The position numbers were made by a program, and so were the translations under genes. A stretch of 64,000 nt of DNA. Origin: Chrysemys picta bellii (Eukaryota). The DNA is taken from positions 124,001-188,000 of the forward strand of contig NC_088810.1 in NCBI RefSeq assembly GCF_011386835.1, written 5' to 3'. The number at the start of each line of letters is the position of its first letter. Within the stretch, counting starts at the first letter, position 1. Under the pieces are notes generated by a model that saw only the letters and a program-made list of their open reading frames with translations, was not told the DNA's origin and did not search any database. Shown here one piece after another: positions 43,464-55,829 of the stretch.

Positions 43464-46400
43464 CTAGCCAATGGTGAGGCCGAAGCCACACTGGAACTTG
43501 TTCTTGCGGTGGTTCAGGAAGGCCCCATGGCCAGCGTCAGGGGCAGCGGCAGCAGCTTCTTCTCCAGCACCGCACCCACGATCCAATTACTGTCCACAGA
43601 GCCTGCGGCAGAGAGCAACGTTAGTGGCACTGGGAGAGGCTGGGGCGCGGGCACAGAGGGGAAGGGCGGCCTGGGGCTGCCGTACCTTTGAAGAGCAGGT
43701 TGGCCTTGGGCAAGTCAAGCTGGTAGCCAAAGGAGACGCTAGTGTCCTGCATGCGCGTGCTGGCCTCAAACTCCACGCCCACCTGCAGCTGTGGGAAGCA
43801 GGGTTAGTCTGGCGAGCAGAGCTGCCAATCGCACAGTAGGATCCCAGCCCCCCAGCTTCCACCCCTCCCCCACAGGACCCCAGCCCCCTAGCTTCCACCC
43901 CTCCCCCACAGGACCCCAGCCCCCTGGCTTCCACCCTCCCAATGTGATCCCACCCTCCCCAAACACTATCCCAGACCACCCACCCCCAACGTAATCCCAG
44001 CCCTCACCACCCAAACCCAGCCCCCAGCCTTCCCCAATGGGATGGCAGCCTCCAGGCTTGCTGCTCCAAATTGTCTGCATCGACTGTTCCTGGGCAGGGC
44101 ACCCCCCCACTCCCTTGCCTGCCCAGGCTCTCAGCTGTGCACCACAGCACATCGCTTATACATAGCTCTCCACACGTCACCTGCCCCCACCCCTTGCTCC
44201 CAGACTGGGGGCCAAAGCCCCACGCTCATGTCAAAGGGGGAGCCAGATGGGAACGTAAGCCTCTGAGTGCCACATACCTGGTCATTGGCTTTATGGTAGT
44301 AGGTTGCATGGGCCCCGGCTTGCCCCACCGTCAAGGTCCCAATCCAGTTAGGTGCTGTGTGGAGAAGGGAAGAGTGTGTGAGTGTCCAAGTAGGGCCCCA
44401 CCGAAGCCCTGAGCTAGGGAAGGGAACCCAGGAGTCTCGACTCCCAGTCCCCTTGCTCTAACCCACTAGACCCCACTCCCCTGCTGGAGCTCAGGATATA
44501 ACCCAGGAGTCCTTCCCCAGCTCCCTCAGTACCTGTGTATTTCCCAGCCAGAGACATGACGGTGCCCTCCTCTCCTGGCCGGCGGTGATAGACCAGCTCG
44601 CCGCCCAGCGCCAAGCAGGGTGTGATGCTCTGTAGGTAATGGGCTACCAGGATCCCTGCGAAGAGAGACTCGTCAGCTGGGGCTGGGCCCAGGAGGTTAT
44701 GAGGGGCAGGGTTCAGACTAGTGGTGACGGTAGGCAGGGGCCAGGTTGGAGAGCTGGAGGGAGGGGAAGTGGAGGTGTCAGAGGCTGGGAATTGAGAAGG
44801 GGAGGCAGGAGTCAAGCTGGTGGGGGACTTCAGAGACGGGGTAGAATTTCAGAGCAGGAGCTTCAGAGGTGGGAACGAGGCTTTCACCTGAGCCCACCAG
44901 GATGTCGGGGTTTCCCAGCGTCACTGCTGCCGTGAAATCCTCCCCCCGATACTCTCCATCCACCTGCCAGTTCACGAACTTGGACTGCTGCGTCTGGAAT
45001 GAGAGTGGGGGGACATGATGAGACCGTGGCAACCCCCAGGAGGCACACATCCCCCAGAGGCAGATTTACCATGAAAGAAACAGTGCGGTGGCATGGGGCC
45101 CCCAATGACTGGGGGGTGGGGGGGGACACCCAAAATGCAGGACAAACCTCATCGACAACCTGCCCCCGAGGCCTGGCCGGCAGCACAGCAGGGATCAGGC
45201 AGGCAGGCTGCCTGCATTCGGTGGCCAGTGGCCCCATGCCATTCCCGGAAGCACCCGGCTGCTGGAAGCGGCTCTGCATCCTGCCCCCACCAGCACACAG
45301 AGAGCCACTCCCCCCCCCACCCCCCACCCCCAGGGGTGCGCAGAGACGTGCCACCAACAGTGCAGCAGGGCTAAGGCACCTCCCTGTTCGCGCTGCCTCC
45401 CTCCCTCCGCTCCCAGAAGCGGTCGGCATGTCCCTGCGGCCTCTGGGGGAAAGGTGGGTGGTGTCTCTGTGCATTTTCCCCACCCGGAGCACTGACTCCA
45501 CAGCTCCCATTGGCCAGGAACTGCGGCCAATGGGAGCTGCGGGGGCCACACCTGCGGGCAGTGGCGCACAGAGATTCCCCTGGCCCCCCTGCCAGAGGAG
45601 TGTGCCAGTCACTTTGGGAGCCGCACTGCCCAAGGTAAGCGCCGACCCCCCCGACCCCTCCCACACCCCAACTCCCTGCCCCGAGCCTACACCCAAACTC
45701 CCTCTCAGAGCCCAATCCCCACATCCCAACCCACTGCCCCAATCAAGGTACCTCACTTGATTTTCATTTACTTCCTATTAGTTATAATATAGGAGAAGAA
45801 TGAAGAAAAAAAATAAATGAAAAATAGAGGGGATATAAGAGAGAATGTTCTTTCTCTTGGCTGGGTCCCGAGGCGGGGCCCCTCAAAATGAAGCTGTGCA
45901 CAGGGCCCCACTAACTCTAAATCTGCCACTGACATCCCCGCTCCTTTTACCAGGTAACACCATTACCTTAAACTGTGAGGGAGCAGCCACACTGCACTCA
46001 CTCCCCTCCCCAGCCAGGACTCTGACGACTCTGACAGGGGTATACACAGTCCCTCTGATCCCCCCCACCCCACCCCAAAGGGACAAGCTGAGAGACAGCT
46101 CTGCGGGGGGTATACACAGACGCTCTGATTTTCCTCCCCCCCCAAAGGGACGGGCTGAGAGACAGACCGGCAGGGGGTATACACAGACGCTCTGACTCAC
46201 ACACACACACACCCCCCGCCGCAAAGGGACGGGCTGAGAGATGGACCTGCGGGGGCCGGGGGTATACACAGACACTCTGACACCCCCACCAGCCCGGCCC
46301 CCACAAAGGGGAGGGTGGATAGAAGGACCCACGGGGGATGGGGGGGGGAATACACAGATGCTCTGACACACACACCTGTGAAGGGGCGGGTTGAGAGATG

Positions 46401-49400
46401 GACCTGCAGGGGGTATACACAGACACTCTGATCCCCCCACTCTGCAAAGGGATGGGCTGAGATGGATCTGCAGGGTGGGGGGAAGATACATAGACGCTCT
46501 GACACACACCCACACACACACCCTCTGTGACGCAGGAGGGAGCGGGGTGGATTGACCTGGGAATGTCTTTTAGTTTTACTGGGATTGTCTGCATGGGTGA
46601 TGGGAGAGCAGGGAGTGACTTTAGGTGAGGGACGGTACCTGAGCCTGTAACCTGAGGAGGCGGGGGAGTGGACACCTTTGCCTGGGAAGCTGGACAAAGG
46701 GAAAGGGTGAGAGAAGAAGGGGGAGAGTCTGCTGGAGGGGTTTATGGTTTCAGATTTGGGCTGGCTGGGAAGAGGCAGGGAACCCCAAGTCTGGGGTCTA
46801 CGCTCCTTGCCCCCGAGAGGGACCTGGCTGAGGGGTCCTGGTTGTACCTACAGTCCCTGCTTGGGACTGTGTTCCTGTCATCTAATAAACCTTCTGTGTT
46901 ACTGGCTGGCTGAGAGTCCCGGGGAATCGCAGGAAGGGGGGGTGCAGGGCCCTGACTCCCCCACACTCCGTGACACCCCCATGAAGGGGAAGGCTGAGGG
47001 AAAGACCTGCATGGGGGGGCTGGGGAAAGAGAAGACTACACAGATGCTCTGACACACACAAACCCATATGCACCCCACAAAGGGGCAGACTGAGATAAGG
47101 ACCCATGGGGGCAGGGGGGAGAGAAGAGAATACACAGATGCTCTGACACACGGGCGAGCTGAGAGAAGGACCCGAGGGGTGTGGGTGTATATTTGGGGGG
47201 GGGGGGCACACAGATGCTCTGACACACACAAACCCATATGCACCCGCAAAGGGGCAGACTGAGATAAGGACCCATGGGGGCGGGGGGGAAGAGAAGAGAA
47301 TACACAGATGCTCTGACACATGGGCGAGCTGAGAGAAGGACCCGAGGGGTGTGGGTGTGTATTCGGGGGGGGGGGGGGGGGGGGGAGGGGAGGGGACACA
47401 CAGATGCTCTGACACACACAAACCCATATGCACCCGCAAAGGGGCAGACTGAGATAAGGACCCATGGGGGCGGGGGGGAAGAGAAGAGAATACACAGATG
47501 CTCTGACACATGGGCGAGCTGAGAGAAGGACCCGAGGGGTGTGGGTGTGTATTCGGGGGGGGGGGGGGGGGGGGGGGGGGGAGGGGACACACAGATGCTC
47601 TGACACACACACAGCCATGAAGGGGAGGACTGAGAGAAGGACCCGCGGTGTGCGGCATACCTGGAAGGCCACCTTGGAGCGCAGCCGGGTCGAGAGCTGG
47701 TGGATGATCTGGGCATTGAGGCTGCCACTGTTATCCATGTCGCCCACCAGCACCGGGAATGCCTGGAAGGGGCATGAGGGGGTGAAATATAGTTGAATAA
47801 CAGCCCCACCCCATATCAGGGCAACAGCATCCCTCTGCCCCACCCCCACCCAGAGCAGCCTGCCTCGCCCCAAACTTCCCCACTGTCTGAATTGACAGCC
47901 CCAACCCCAATGTCCAGATTAACAACTCTGTCCCCAAACACACACTGCCCCTCTCCCACCATCAGAGGTGGCTCCTCAGCGCTGGCTTCCGGCCGGCTAA
48001 GTCCACTCCCCCCGGCACTCACCTCTGTGGGGCTGAGCTGCTTGGTGCCCACGTAGGTGACCCCGAAGTGATAGCTGGAGTCACCAACAGTGCTGAGGGC
48101 GACGCTGTGATTCACCTGGGGAAAGCAGGTGGAGTAAGCAGGGCCCACCAAATCCTGTGTCTTGGCAGGGGTTACACTAGACTACTGGTTCTCAATCAGG
48201 GGTCTGGGACCCACTGGGGGACCGTGAGCAGGTTTCAGGGTGTCCGCCAAGCAGGGCCGGCATTGGACTTGTGGGGGCCCAGGACAGAGAGCCGAAGCCC
48301 GAGCTAATTAGCTTCATGGGGTCCCCATGGCATGGGACCCAGGACAATTGCCCGGCTTGCTACCCCCAACACTGGCCCTGGCTTTTATATGCAGAAAATC
48401 AGTGGTTGTGGCATAGACGGGCCATGGAATTTTTATAGCCTGTTGGGGGGCCTCAGAAAGAAAACGGTTGAGAACCCCTGCACTAGACCACACTTGCGGT
48501 CCCTTCTAGCCCCATGGTTCTATGCCTGCAGCCAGAGGGGAAGGGCAGCCCAGGGGCGCTGGCATGGGAGACCCAGGTTCAGGTACCTAAAGTGACTGCA
48601 TCTCTCTGGGCCTTGGCTCCCATCTCACATGCGGCCAGTCACCTTGCCTGCCTCCCAGGAAGCATGGGGATGAATGCATTAGACTGCAAGGGGTCAGATA
48701 TAGGGATGAAGGGCGCCAGATAAGTACCTCACACAGAAAGCACCAACCCACAACCTCACCCAGCCCCAGACACGACACATGGGATCGGGAGGTTTGGGGT
48801 CACGTGCCCCCACATTTACTGCTTGGCTTGTAGAGAATGCTCAGTAACATTGCTGAAGCCAGCTGCCCTCAATCTGCACCCCTGCCCCCCCAGCAGACAT
48901 GTCTGTGCCCAGCCCGCTCAGCCCCCACATCCTCCTCGACTATAGCCTCACCCCCCTCCACCCCCACCCCGTACCCTGCTTCACCAGAGGGCACAGCCCT
49001 TACCTGGAAATGGTTGCTAAGACCTTTATTCACTGTCAGTTTCACACCTTCCATCTGGATGGGGAACAATTCTGGGGAAGAGACTGCAACAATCAGCACT
49101 GAGCCCGTCCAGCCCAGCGTGCCTTCACCCCATGGGTCCCTCCAGCCTGCTGGTAACTCCCTTCCCCCAATCATACCCCTGGGCTGTCCAGCCTGGTACC
49201 CTCCCCGCTCTCCCAAGGACCTGCCCACCTGGCTGTGTACTGGGGTGCCCCATGCTGTGCTCCCAACCTCTGCACTTGGGGTAACATTCCTTAAGGTGCC
49301 AGGACAGAGGGGTGGGTGGGTGGGTGTGTAGACAGTGGGTTCCAGGCTTTCACCTTTGCACTTGCGGTGACATTCCTCAAAGGTGCCAGGGTTGGGTAGC

Positions 49401-49555
49401 CGATCCCCCTTCTCCTCCGGCCGCTCCTGCGCAGGGGGGCCCAGCCCGCTGACGGGGGGCATGGTGAAGCCAGGCGGCACTGACACCAGCCCAGATCCAG
49501 GACTCGGCATGGTGGGGGAGGGTGTGGGGGAGCTGGCGGCCAGGACGTTACCCAT
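43464..49555 (-). CDS. TOMM40: Mitochondrial import channel Tom40; 9 coding exons (49555-49354, 49071-49004, 48115-48023, 47762-47661, 44993-44888, 44655-44533, 44354-44278, 43788-43686, 43602-43464); 337 aa if one missing base in the last exon is restored
   Basis: MGNVLAAS...[38 protein letters not shown]/... /[10 protein letters not shown]...[15 protein letters not shown]. Internal exon sizes 68, 93, 102, 106, 123, 77, 103 match human as I recall it. The last exon is 139 nt rather than 140 (see finding). Confidence 0.97.
45930..47640. repeat. Complex minisatellite in a TOMM40 intron, split by a solo LTR
   Basis: Core tacacaga(c/t)gctctgacacac on both sides of 46526-46975; ~185-bp higher-order unit x3 at ~47030-47595. 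Confidence 0.85.
46526..46975 (+). mobile_element. Solo LTR (450 bp)
   Basis: TGtgac...gtgaCA termini, internal AATAAA at 46884, flanks ccctc/ccccc (4 of 5 match). Confidence 0.7.
48183..48480. mobile_element. hAT-Charlie MITE with perfect 8-bp TSD, in a TOMM40 intron
   Basis: TSD cactagac at 48175-48182 and 48481-48488; TIR tactggttctcaa / ttgagaacccctg. Confidence 0.8.
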
Positions 49556-50094
49556 GGTGGGGGACTATGGAGAGAACAGATAGCAGTGTTGAGAAGGGGT
49601 GAGCAGCGCCAGATACCTCCCAATATACCCCCCATGCCCTGAATACCCCACATTCCATACTACCCCATCTGTCCAGGACATGCACCCCAAACTGATACCT
49701 CCTCCAGTCTGCCCTGATACTGGTCTCCAATAGACCCCATGTATCCCCAGATCCATCTGCCCCCCACCCCTCCAGTGACCCCCCCACCCTCCAATATTCC
49801 CTCCTGAGACTGTCAACCTCAATACCCCCTCTCCAAACAGGCTGGCCCCCAAGCTCCTGGTACATCTGCCACAATACCCCTCTTGACACTGGCTTCCCAC
49901 GGCCCACATCACCCACCCTGCCCCCAACGGGGTCTGACTATTGCAACACCCCAATACCACCCATTTGTGTATCTACCACACCAACAGCCCATCCCATCTG
50001 ATGCCCCCGGTGTGTCCCAACACTTCCTGCTCCCCAGACACCTGCCACTGCCAGGGTCCCCCTGCCTCAGCAGTGACCCCACCTGCCCTGCCCC

Positions 50095-50300
50095 CCTCGA
50101 TCCCCCGATGCCCCCTGCCCCGCTCGATCCCCCCCCGCCCCCAGTTCACAGGCCCCGCGCCCCTCGATCCCCCCCCGCCCCGAGTACACCCGCCCCGCGC
50201 CCCTCGATCCCCCCCCGCCCCCAGTTCACCCGCCCCGCCCCCCTCGATCCCCCCCCGCCCCCAGTTCACCCGCCCCGCGCCCCTCGATCCCCCCCCCGCC
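50095..50300. repeat. ~39-bp C-rich CpG minisatellite, ~5 units, in TOMM40 intron 1
   Basis: cccctcgatcccccccgcccccagttcacccgccccgcg repeats. Confidence 0.85.
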
Positions 50301-50415
50301 CCTCGGCCCCCCATGGACGCTCCCTCCCCCCCCCCATCGGCCCCCTCCGGTACCTTCCCGGGGGCCTCTTATCCCTCCAGCGATACCCGCCAGCCCCGCC
50401 TGGCCCCAGACTCAC

Positions 50416-51010
50416 GAGGCGGCCGCAGCAGCAGCCGGAGCCGGGAGACACCCGAACCCGCCTGCACCGCTGCCTCCGCTCTGCCCCGCCCCCTCCACGC
50501 CGCCATTGGCCAGCTCCGACTTCGATTCCGCCCCTTCCGCCTCTATCGCGTATATCCATTGGCTAAGGGAGGAGAAAGGCCCGCCCACTTCCGGGTTCCC
50601 TGACCTCATGGACTGTTACCCCTCCATGTCCCGCCTGTTCCGGCGTATGACAGATCGTCATTGGGTAGAGTCTCCTCGGGCCCCGCCCATATGAGCCATC
50701 GCTATTGGACAGACCTGGGTGTGCCCCGCCCCTCCCCGCGATACCACATCTCTATTGGCCACTGTGTCACCGGGCCTTGCCCCTTCCCCATGCCGCCTTC
50801 CCGTTGGCTGATTCCATAGGAGGCGAGGCGAGGCCAGGCCCAGGAGCTGCCCCTGATTGGTCGCCCCTCCAGAGGCGGGGCCCGAGGGAAGCAAGTTCGG
50901 TTGCTCGGTGCGGCCGCAAGGTCACGGCGCCGGCATGGTCTCGGCATGCACCGCGGCAGCCATGCGGCGTCACCATGTTGGAGGCGGAGCCAAACACCAG
51001 CCCCGCCCCC
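50416..51010 (-). promoter_or_regulatory. TOMM40 CpG-island promoter and non-coding exon 1
   Basis: Donor GTGAG after 50416; acceptor before 49564 followed by tccccaccATGG; CpG-dense; ETS/GABP motif CCGGAAGT at 50587-50594; multiple CCAAT and GC boxes. Confidence 0.7.
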
Positions 51011-51124
51011 CGAGAGGTAGCGGTTTCCAGGCCCCCCCCATAGGTATTGGGGGCGGGAGTGAGGGACCTGGATTCTAGTTTTCTTCCCAGAGGCTGGTAG
51101 TGACCAGTTCCCCCCCTTCCCCCT

Positions 51125-51615
51125 GGGAATGGCAGTGTCCAGTCCCGTCCCCCCCGGGAATGGCAGCGTCCAGGCTCTCCGCAGGGAATGGCCGTGTCCA
51201 GCTCCCCCACCCCTCCGGGAATGGCAGTGTCCAGCTCCCCCCACTCTCCGGGAATGGCAGTGTCCAGCTCCCCCCCCCCCGGGAATGGCAGTGTCCAGCT
51301 CCCCTCCCCCCTGGGAATGGCAGTGTCCAGTCCCCCCCCCCCCCCCCCGGGAATGGCAGTGTCCAGCTCCCCTCCCCCCTGGGAATGGCAGTGTCCAGGC
51401 CCCCCGCAGGGAATAGCCGTGTCTAGCTCCCCCCGTCCTGGGAATGGCAGTGTCCAGCTCCCCCCCCCCTCCAGGAATGGCAGTGTCCAGGTCCCCCGCA
51501 GGGAATAGCCGTGTCTAGCTCCCCCCCTCCTGGGAATGGCAGTGTCCAGCTCCCTCCCGCCAGGGAATGGCAGTGTTCAGGCCCCCCGCAGGGAATAGCC
51601 GTGTCTAGCTCCCCC
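51125..51615. repeat. ~29-33 bp minisatellite, ~15 units, between NECTIN2 and TOMM40
   Basis: gggaatggcagtgtccagctcccccc repeats. Confidence 0.9.
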
Positions 51616-52040
51616 GCCCCCCCCCCGATAAATAAAAAAATAAAAATAAATAAATAGCAGTGTTCAGCCCCCTGGGTCCCCCAGAGACTGTCATTGTCCA
51701 GCCCACTCCCCAGATTATGGCAGTGTCCAAGCTCCCCCTCAGAGCCCTAAAATGGCAAAGTGCAGCAGCACCCAGAAAATGTCAGTGTCCAGCCCCTCCC
51801 ACCAGAGCATGGCCGTGTCCAGCTCCTCCACATAACATTCATAGGGGGTCCTCCAGAGTCCAGAGGGACACTGGATTTTAGGCTCACCCCCAGCAGCATC
51901 CTGCCACTCATAGCTACCCCCTCCCATGGATGTCAGTTTCAAGGCCCTGCCCACTGCCCTCCCCCACTCCCAAGACAGCAGCTCTTGTGGCTGTTCCCAT
52001 CCAAAGAGAGAGAAATGCCACCAGCACGGGTTTAGAAACA

Positions 52041-52465
52041 TTTATTTTAAGAAACAGCAAATACAAAAAACAAAATCCCAATCCAAACCCAGTCGCTCAG
52101 TAGTGGTTCCGAAGGCACCAGCTAAAACCCAGTCGCTAAGTAGTGGTTCTGAAGGCAGCAGCTAAAACCCCAAACCCAGTCGCTCAGTAGTGGTTCCGAA
52201 GGCACCAGCTAAAACCCAATCGCTCAGTAGTGGTTCCGAAGGCACCAGCTAAAACCCCAAACCCAGTCACTCAGTAGTGGTTCCAAAGGCACCAGGGCAG
52301 CAGCTAAAGCCCCAGGCCCATTTGCTCAGTAGTGGTACTGAACCCACTAATCACCCTGTTCACTCAGGGTGTCTGCAAAGGCACAAAAAGAAGCTGCTAA
52401 CCCCCCATCTCTAATTTGACACCCGTGTGGAGGGAGAAAGAAGCAGCAGCAGCAGTGGATTTATT
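52041..52465 (-). terminator. Two candidate NECTIN2-delta polyadenylation signals
   Basis: tttatt on + at 52460-52465 (proximal) and 52041-52046 (distal). Confidence 0.5.
52085..52335. repeat. ~40-46 bp tandem repeat, ~6 units, in the putative NECTIN2 3' UTR
   Basis: cccagtcgctcagtagtggttccgaaggcaccagctaaaa repeats. Confidence 0.85.
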
Positions 52466-53334
52466 TAGAGACCAATCAAGTTAGTAACACAAGAAAACCT
52501 TCACATTATCAGATCCCCCATGGAAGGTGGCTGTACAGCAGGGACCGGGACAGGGCTCAGAAGCAGGAGGGAGGAGGCGCTGATTGCAGGGCCCCCAACT
52601 CAGCTGGGCTGGGGAGTCACTGAGGCAGGGATCCTGTCGGAGCCGATGATGAAATTCAAGTAGAGAATCCAGGCTGAGTTTGCATCTTCCCCACCTTGCT
52701 TCTTGCAATAGATGGCAGCTCCTCGCAGCAGTGAATGGACTGACCCACCGGTGTGTGGACAGGGAACCAGCCCCACAGCGACTCTACTCCCCCACCCCCT
52801 CTCACACACACCCTCCCACTAGTAGCAGCAGCAGGGAGCTGCTCCTACAGTAGCTACAGTCACCCTCATGCCCGGACAGGGGAAGATGCTGCCTCCCGCC
52901 CGTCATGGCTCAGACGCAAGGCAAGGAGAGACTGTTCCCCTGGCATGGAGAGGGGGAGGATGAGTTCTGACCTTTGGCAAATCCAGACTTCTGGCACTGA
53001 GGCCTCCAGACCCCTCTCCCAGGCCCCAACACCCTGCTTCCCCCCTCAGGCCAGACCCCCAGACCTGCTGAGGGCTGCAGCCCCACTGACCCCACTGGGA
53101 GCAGACAGGACAGGAGCCCAGTTGGGGTGGTGAACCAGGCACCAGTGTCAGTCCAGGGAGCCGTGGGCAGAGCCAGGCGTCTCAAAGGGGCCCCCTGTGT
53201 CCGTCTGGGTGGGGCAATCTCAGACATACATGGCTCAGGGAGCAGTGGGGGTGGGGCAGGGAGCTGTACACCTGTCCCGAGAGCCATGTGTCTGTCCCAG
53301 ACTGGGGATCCCAGGGAGTGGTGGGGGTGGGGAC

Positions 53335-53415
53335 TAATAGATTTCAAGGCCAGAAATGCCCACTGGGATCATCTAGCCTGATGTCCCATATAACAGGCCA
53401 GAGAACTTCCCCAAA
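53335..53415 (-). mobile_element. CR1 3' end fragment
   Basis: atagatttcaaggccagaa...gatcatctagcctga...caggccagagaac. Confidence 0.55.
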
Positions 53416-53530
53416 ACCCCAGGGAGCACCTACATTGGGGTCTCAAGTACAGGGCCGGGGGAGCTGCAGGGAGTGGGGAAGGGAGTTGTCTGTCTATCCA
53501 GGAAGACATGTGTCCATCTGTGCCAGGCTG

Positions 53531-55829
53531 TCAGACGTACAAGGCCCGGGACATAATGAAGCCCTGCTCGGGGGCACCCTCCCCAGAGGCGAAGGACAGG
53601 GCGTCATAGATTGGGTTGATCTGGTCCAAGTATTCATCCTCCAGGCTGAGCCCCGTTGTTGCCGCTGGCTCCTTGTCCTCCAGCGTAGGCAGCTCGTGGT
53701 ACCGCGGTAGGTCCTGCAAGGAGATGGATGGACAGATGGGGTGGGCAGAAGGGTCACTGACCCCTAGGGGATCCTCTGGGCTCACAGACAAATGGATGGA
53801 CTAGTGGATTAGAGCAGCGGAGGCTAGGAGCCAGGACTCCTGAGTTCTATGCCCAGCTGTGGGACAGGAGTGGGGTTTAGTGGGTTAGAGCAGGGGGGCT
53901 GGGAGCCAGGACTCCTGGGTTCTATGCCCAGCTGTTGGAGGGGAATGGGGTCTAGTAGGATAGAGTGGGGGTGAGGGGTGCTGGGAGCCAGGACTCATGG
54001 ATTCTATCCCTGGCGCTGGGAGGGAGTGGGGTCTGGTGAGTTAGAGCAGTGGGGGCTGGGAGCCAGAACTCCTGAGTTCTGTCCCCAGCTCTGAAAGGGG
54101 AGAGGGGTGTTTTGGTTAGAGCTGGGGCAGAGATTCCCAGAGGAGTTTCCAATCCGAGCTGGTTGTTCTTGTCAGGTGTAATCCTAGCTGAGAGGATTGG
54201 GCACCTGATCCCCCTCCACCGCCCACCCCGTCCCAGTAATTACCGGCTCTGTGGGATCTGCCGCAATGCTGGGCTCGAAGTAGACAGCTTTCAGTGGGAT
54301 GTTCTCAGCCTCGGGGGGATTAGAGACCTGGAACGAACCAAATACATTGAACCAGGCCAGAGCCAGCAGTGTGCTGGGCTGCTTATCCGAGCCGGGGAGA
54401 GAACCCAGGAGTCCTGCCTCCCAGCCCCCACCCTGCTCCCCGCTAGATACATCCCCCCTGCTCCCTGGAGGTAGCAGAGATGTGGCACCTACCAGCTCAG
54501 GGTCCTCAATCTTCTTCTGGGGTGGGGGCGGCTTGTAGGCTGGAGGCCCATCCAGGCTGGGGGGGCGGGGGAGATGGAGGCAGAGAGGTTAGTGTGGGTG
54601 GAGGCAAGGAGGGGAAAGCATGTCCCCGAACCCCTACCCAAATCGTCTTCCTGACCCTCATCACCCTTCCCCCACACTGACCCCCTCCCCTTCCTCTCTT
54701 CCACCCCTCTCCTCCTCCACCCCTCAGAAACCCCAAACCCCCTCTATATCTCTGACCCCCAGATTCCATCCCCCAAGCTCTCTGAGCCCCCTCCCCTGAT
54801 TTTCCTGCCCAAACCCCGACCCCTTTACCCCCAGACACCACCCTTTTCCCCAAACCCTGCACCCCCAGACATTGCCCTGTTCCCCAAACCCTGACCCCTG
54901 CGCCCCAGACACTGCCCTGTTCCCTGAACCCTGACCCCTGTACTCCCAGACACCACCCTTTTCCCCAAACCCCAACCCCTGCACCCCCAGACACCACCCT
55001 GTTCCCGAACCCCCAAACCCTGACCCCTGCACCCCAGGCACTGCCTTGTTTCCCTGAACCGCAACCCTTATGCCCCCAGACACTGCCCTGTTCCCCAAAC
55101 CCTGCGCCCCAGACACTGCCCTGTTCCCTGAATCCCCAAACCCTGACCCCTGTGCCCCAGGTACCACCCTGTTCCCTGAACCCCAACCCCTACACCCCCA
55201 AACCCTGACCCCTGCGCCCCAGGCACTGCCCTGTTCCCTGAACCCCAACCCCTGCATCACCAGACACTGCCCTGTTCCCCAAACCCCAATCCCTGCACCC
55301 ACAGATACTGCCCTGTTTGCCAACCGCTGCACCCCCAGATATTGCCCTGTTCCCTGAACTCTGACCCCTGCACCCCCAGACCCTCCTCTGTTTCCCGAAC
55401 GCCAACCCCTTGGGCCCCACATTGCCCTGTTCTCCGACCCCTGCGCCCCCAGACACCACCCTGTTTGCCGAGCCCCAACCCCTGCACCCCATATACTGCC
55501 CTGTTCCCTGAACCCTGACCCCTGCACCCCCAGACACCGCCCTGTTTGCTGAGCCCCAACCCCTGCACCCACAGATACTGCCCTGTTCCCTGAACCCTGC
55601 GCCCCCAGACACTGCCCTGTTCCCCAAACCCCAATCCCTGCACCCCCAGACACCGCCCTGTTCGCCGAGCCCCGAGTCGCTCACTCGTCGTTGTCCTGCT
55701 CTGTGCGATTCTTCTGCTGCTGGCGGAAAATCAGGACCCCAGTGGCCACCACGGCCACGGCCACGATGGCAGCAATGATGCCGCCAATGATGCCCCCCGT
55801 GGTGCCCGCGCCAGCCATGTTGGGCTGGG
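53531..55829 (-). CDS. NECTIN2: Nectin-2 (delta isoform) transmembrane and cytoplasmic exons (55829-55685, 54556-54493, 54327-54244, 53713-53531); 5' exons lie beyond the window
   Basis: 145+64+84+183 nt in phase: PNMAGAGTTGGIIGGIIAAIVAVAVVATGVLIFRQQQK / DLDGPPAYKPPPP / VSNPPEAENIPLKAVYFEP / DLPRYHELPTLE...EYLDQINPIYDALS...GFIMSRALYV*. Afadin PDZ-binding C-terminus; sits upstream of TOMM40 as in mammals. Confidence 0.93.
53800..54125 (+). repeat. Tandem tRNA-SINE-head-like repeats
   Basis: ggagtggggtttagtgggttagagcaggggggctgggagccaggactcctgggttctat repeated; reverse copies at ~17035, 20600, 28340, 37570, 44410, 54390 and 57370. Confidence 0.65.
54730..55675. repeat. ~35-45 bp C-rich minisatellite in a NECTIN2 intron
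   Basis: cccctgcacccccagacactgccctgttccccaaacc variants, more than 20 units. Confidence 0.9.
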
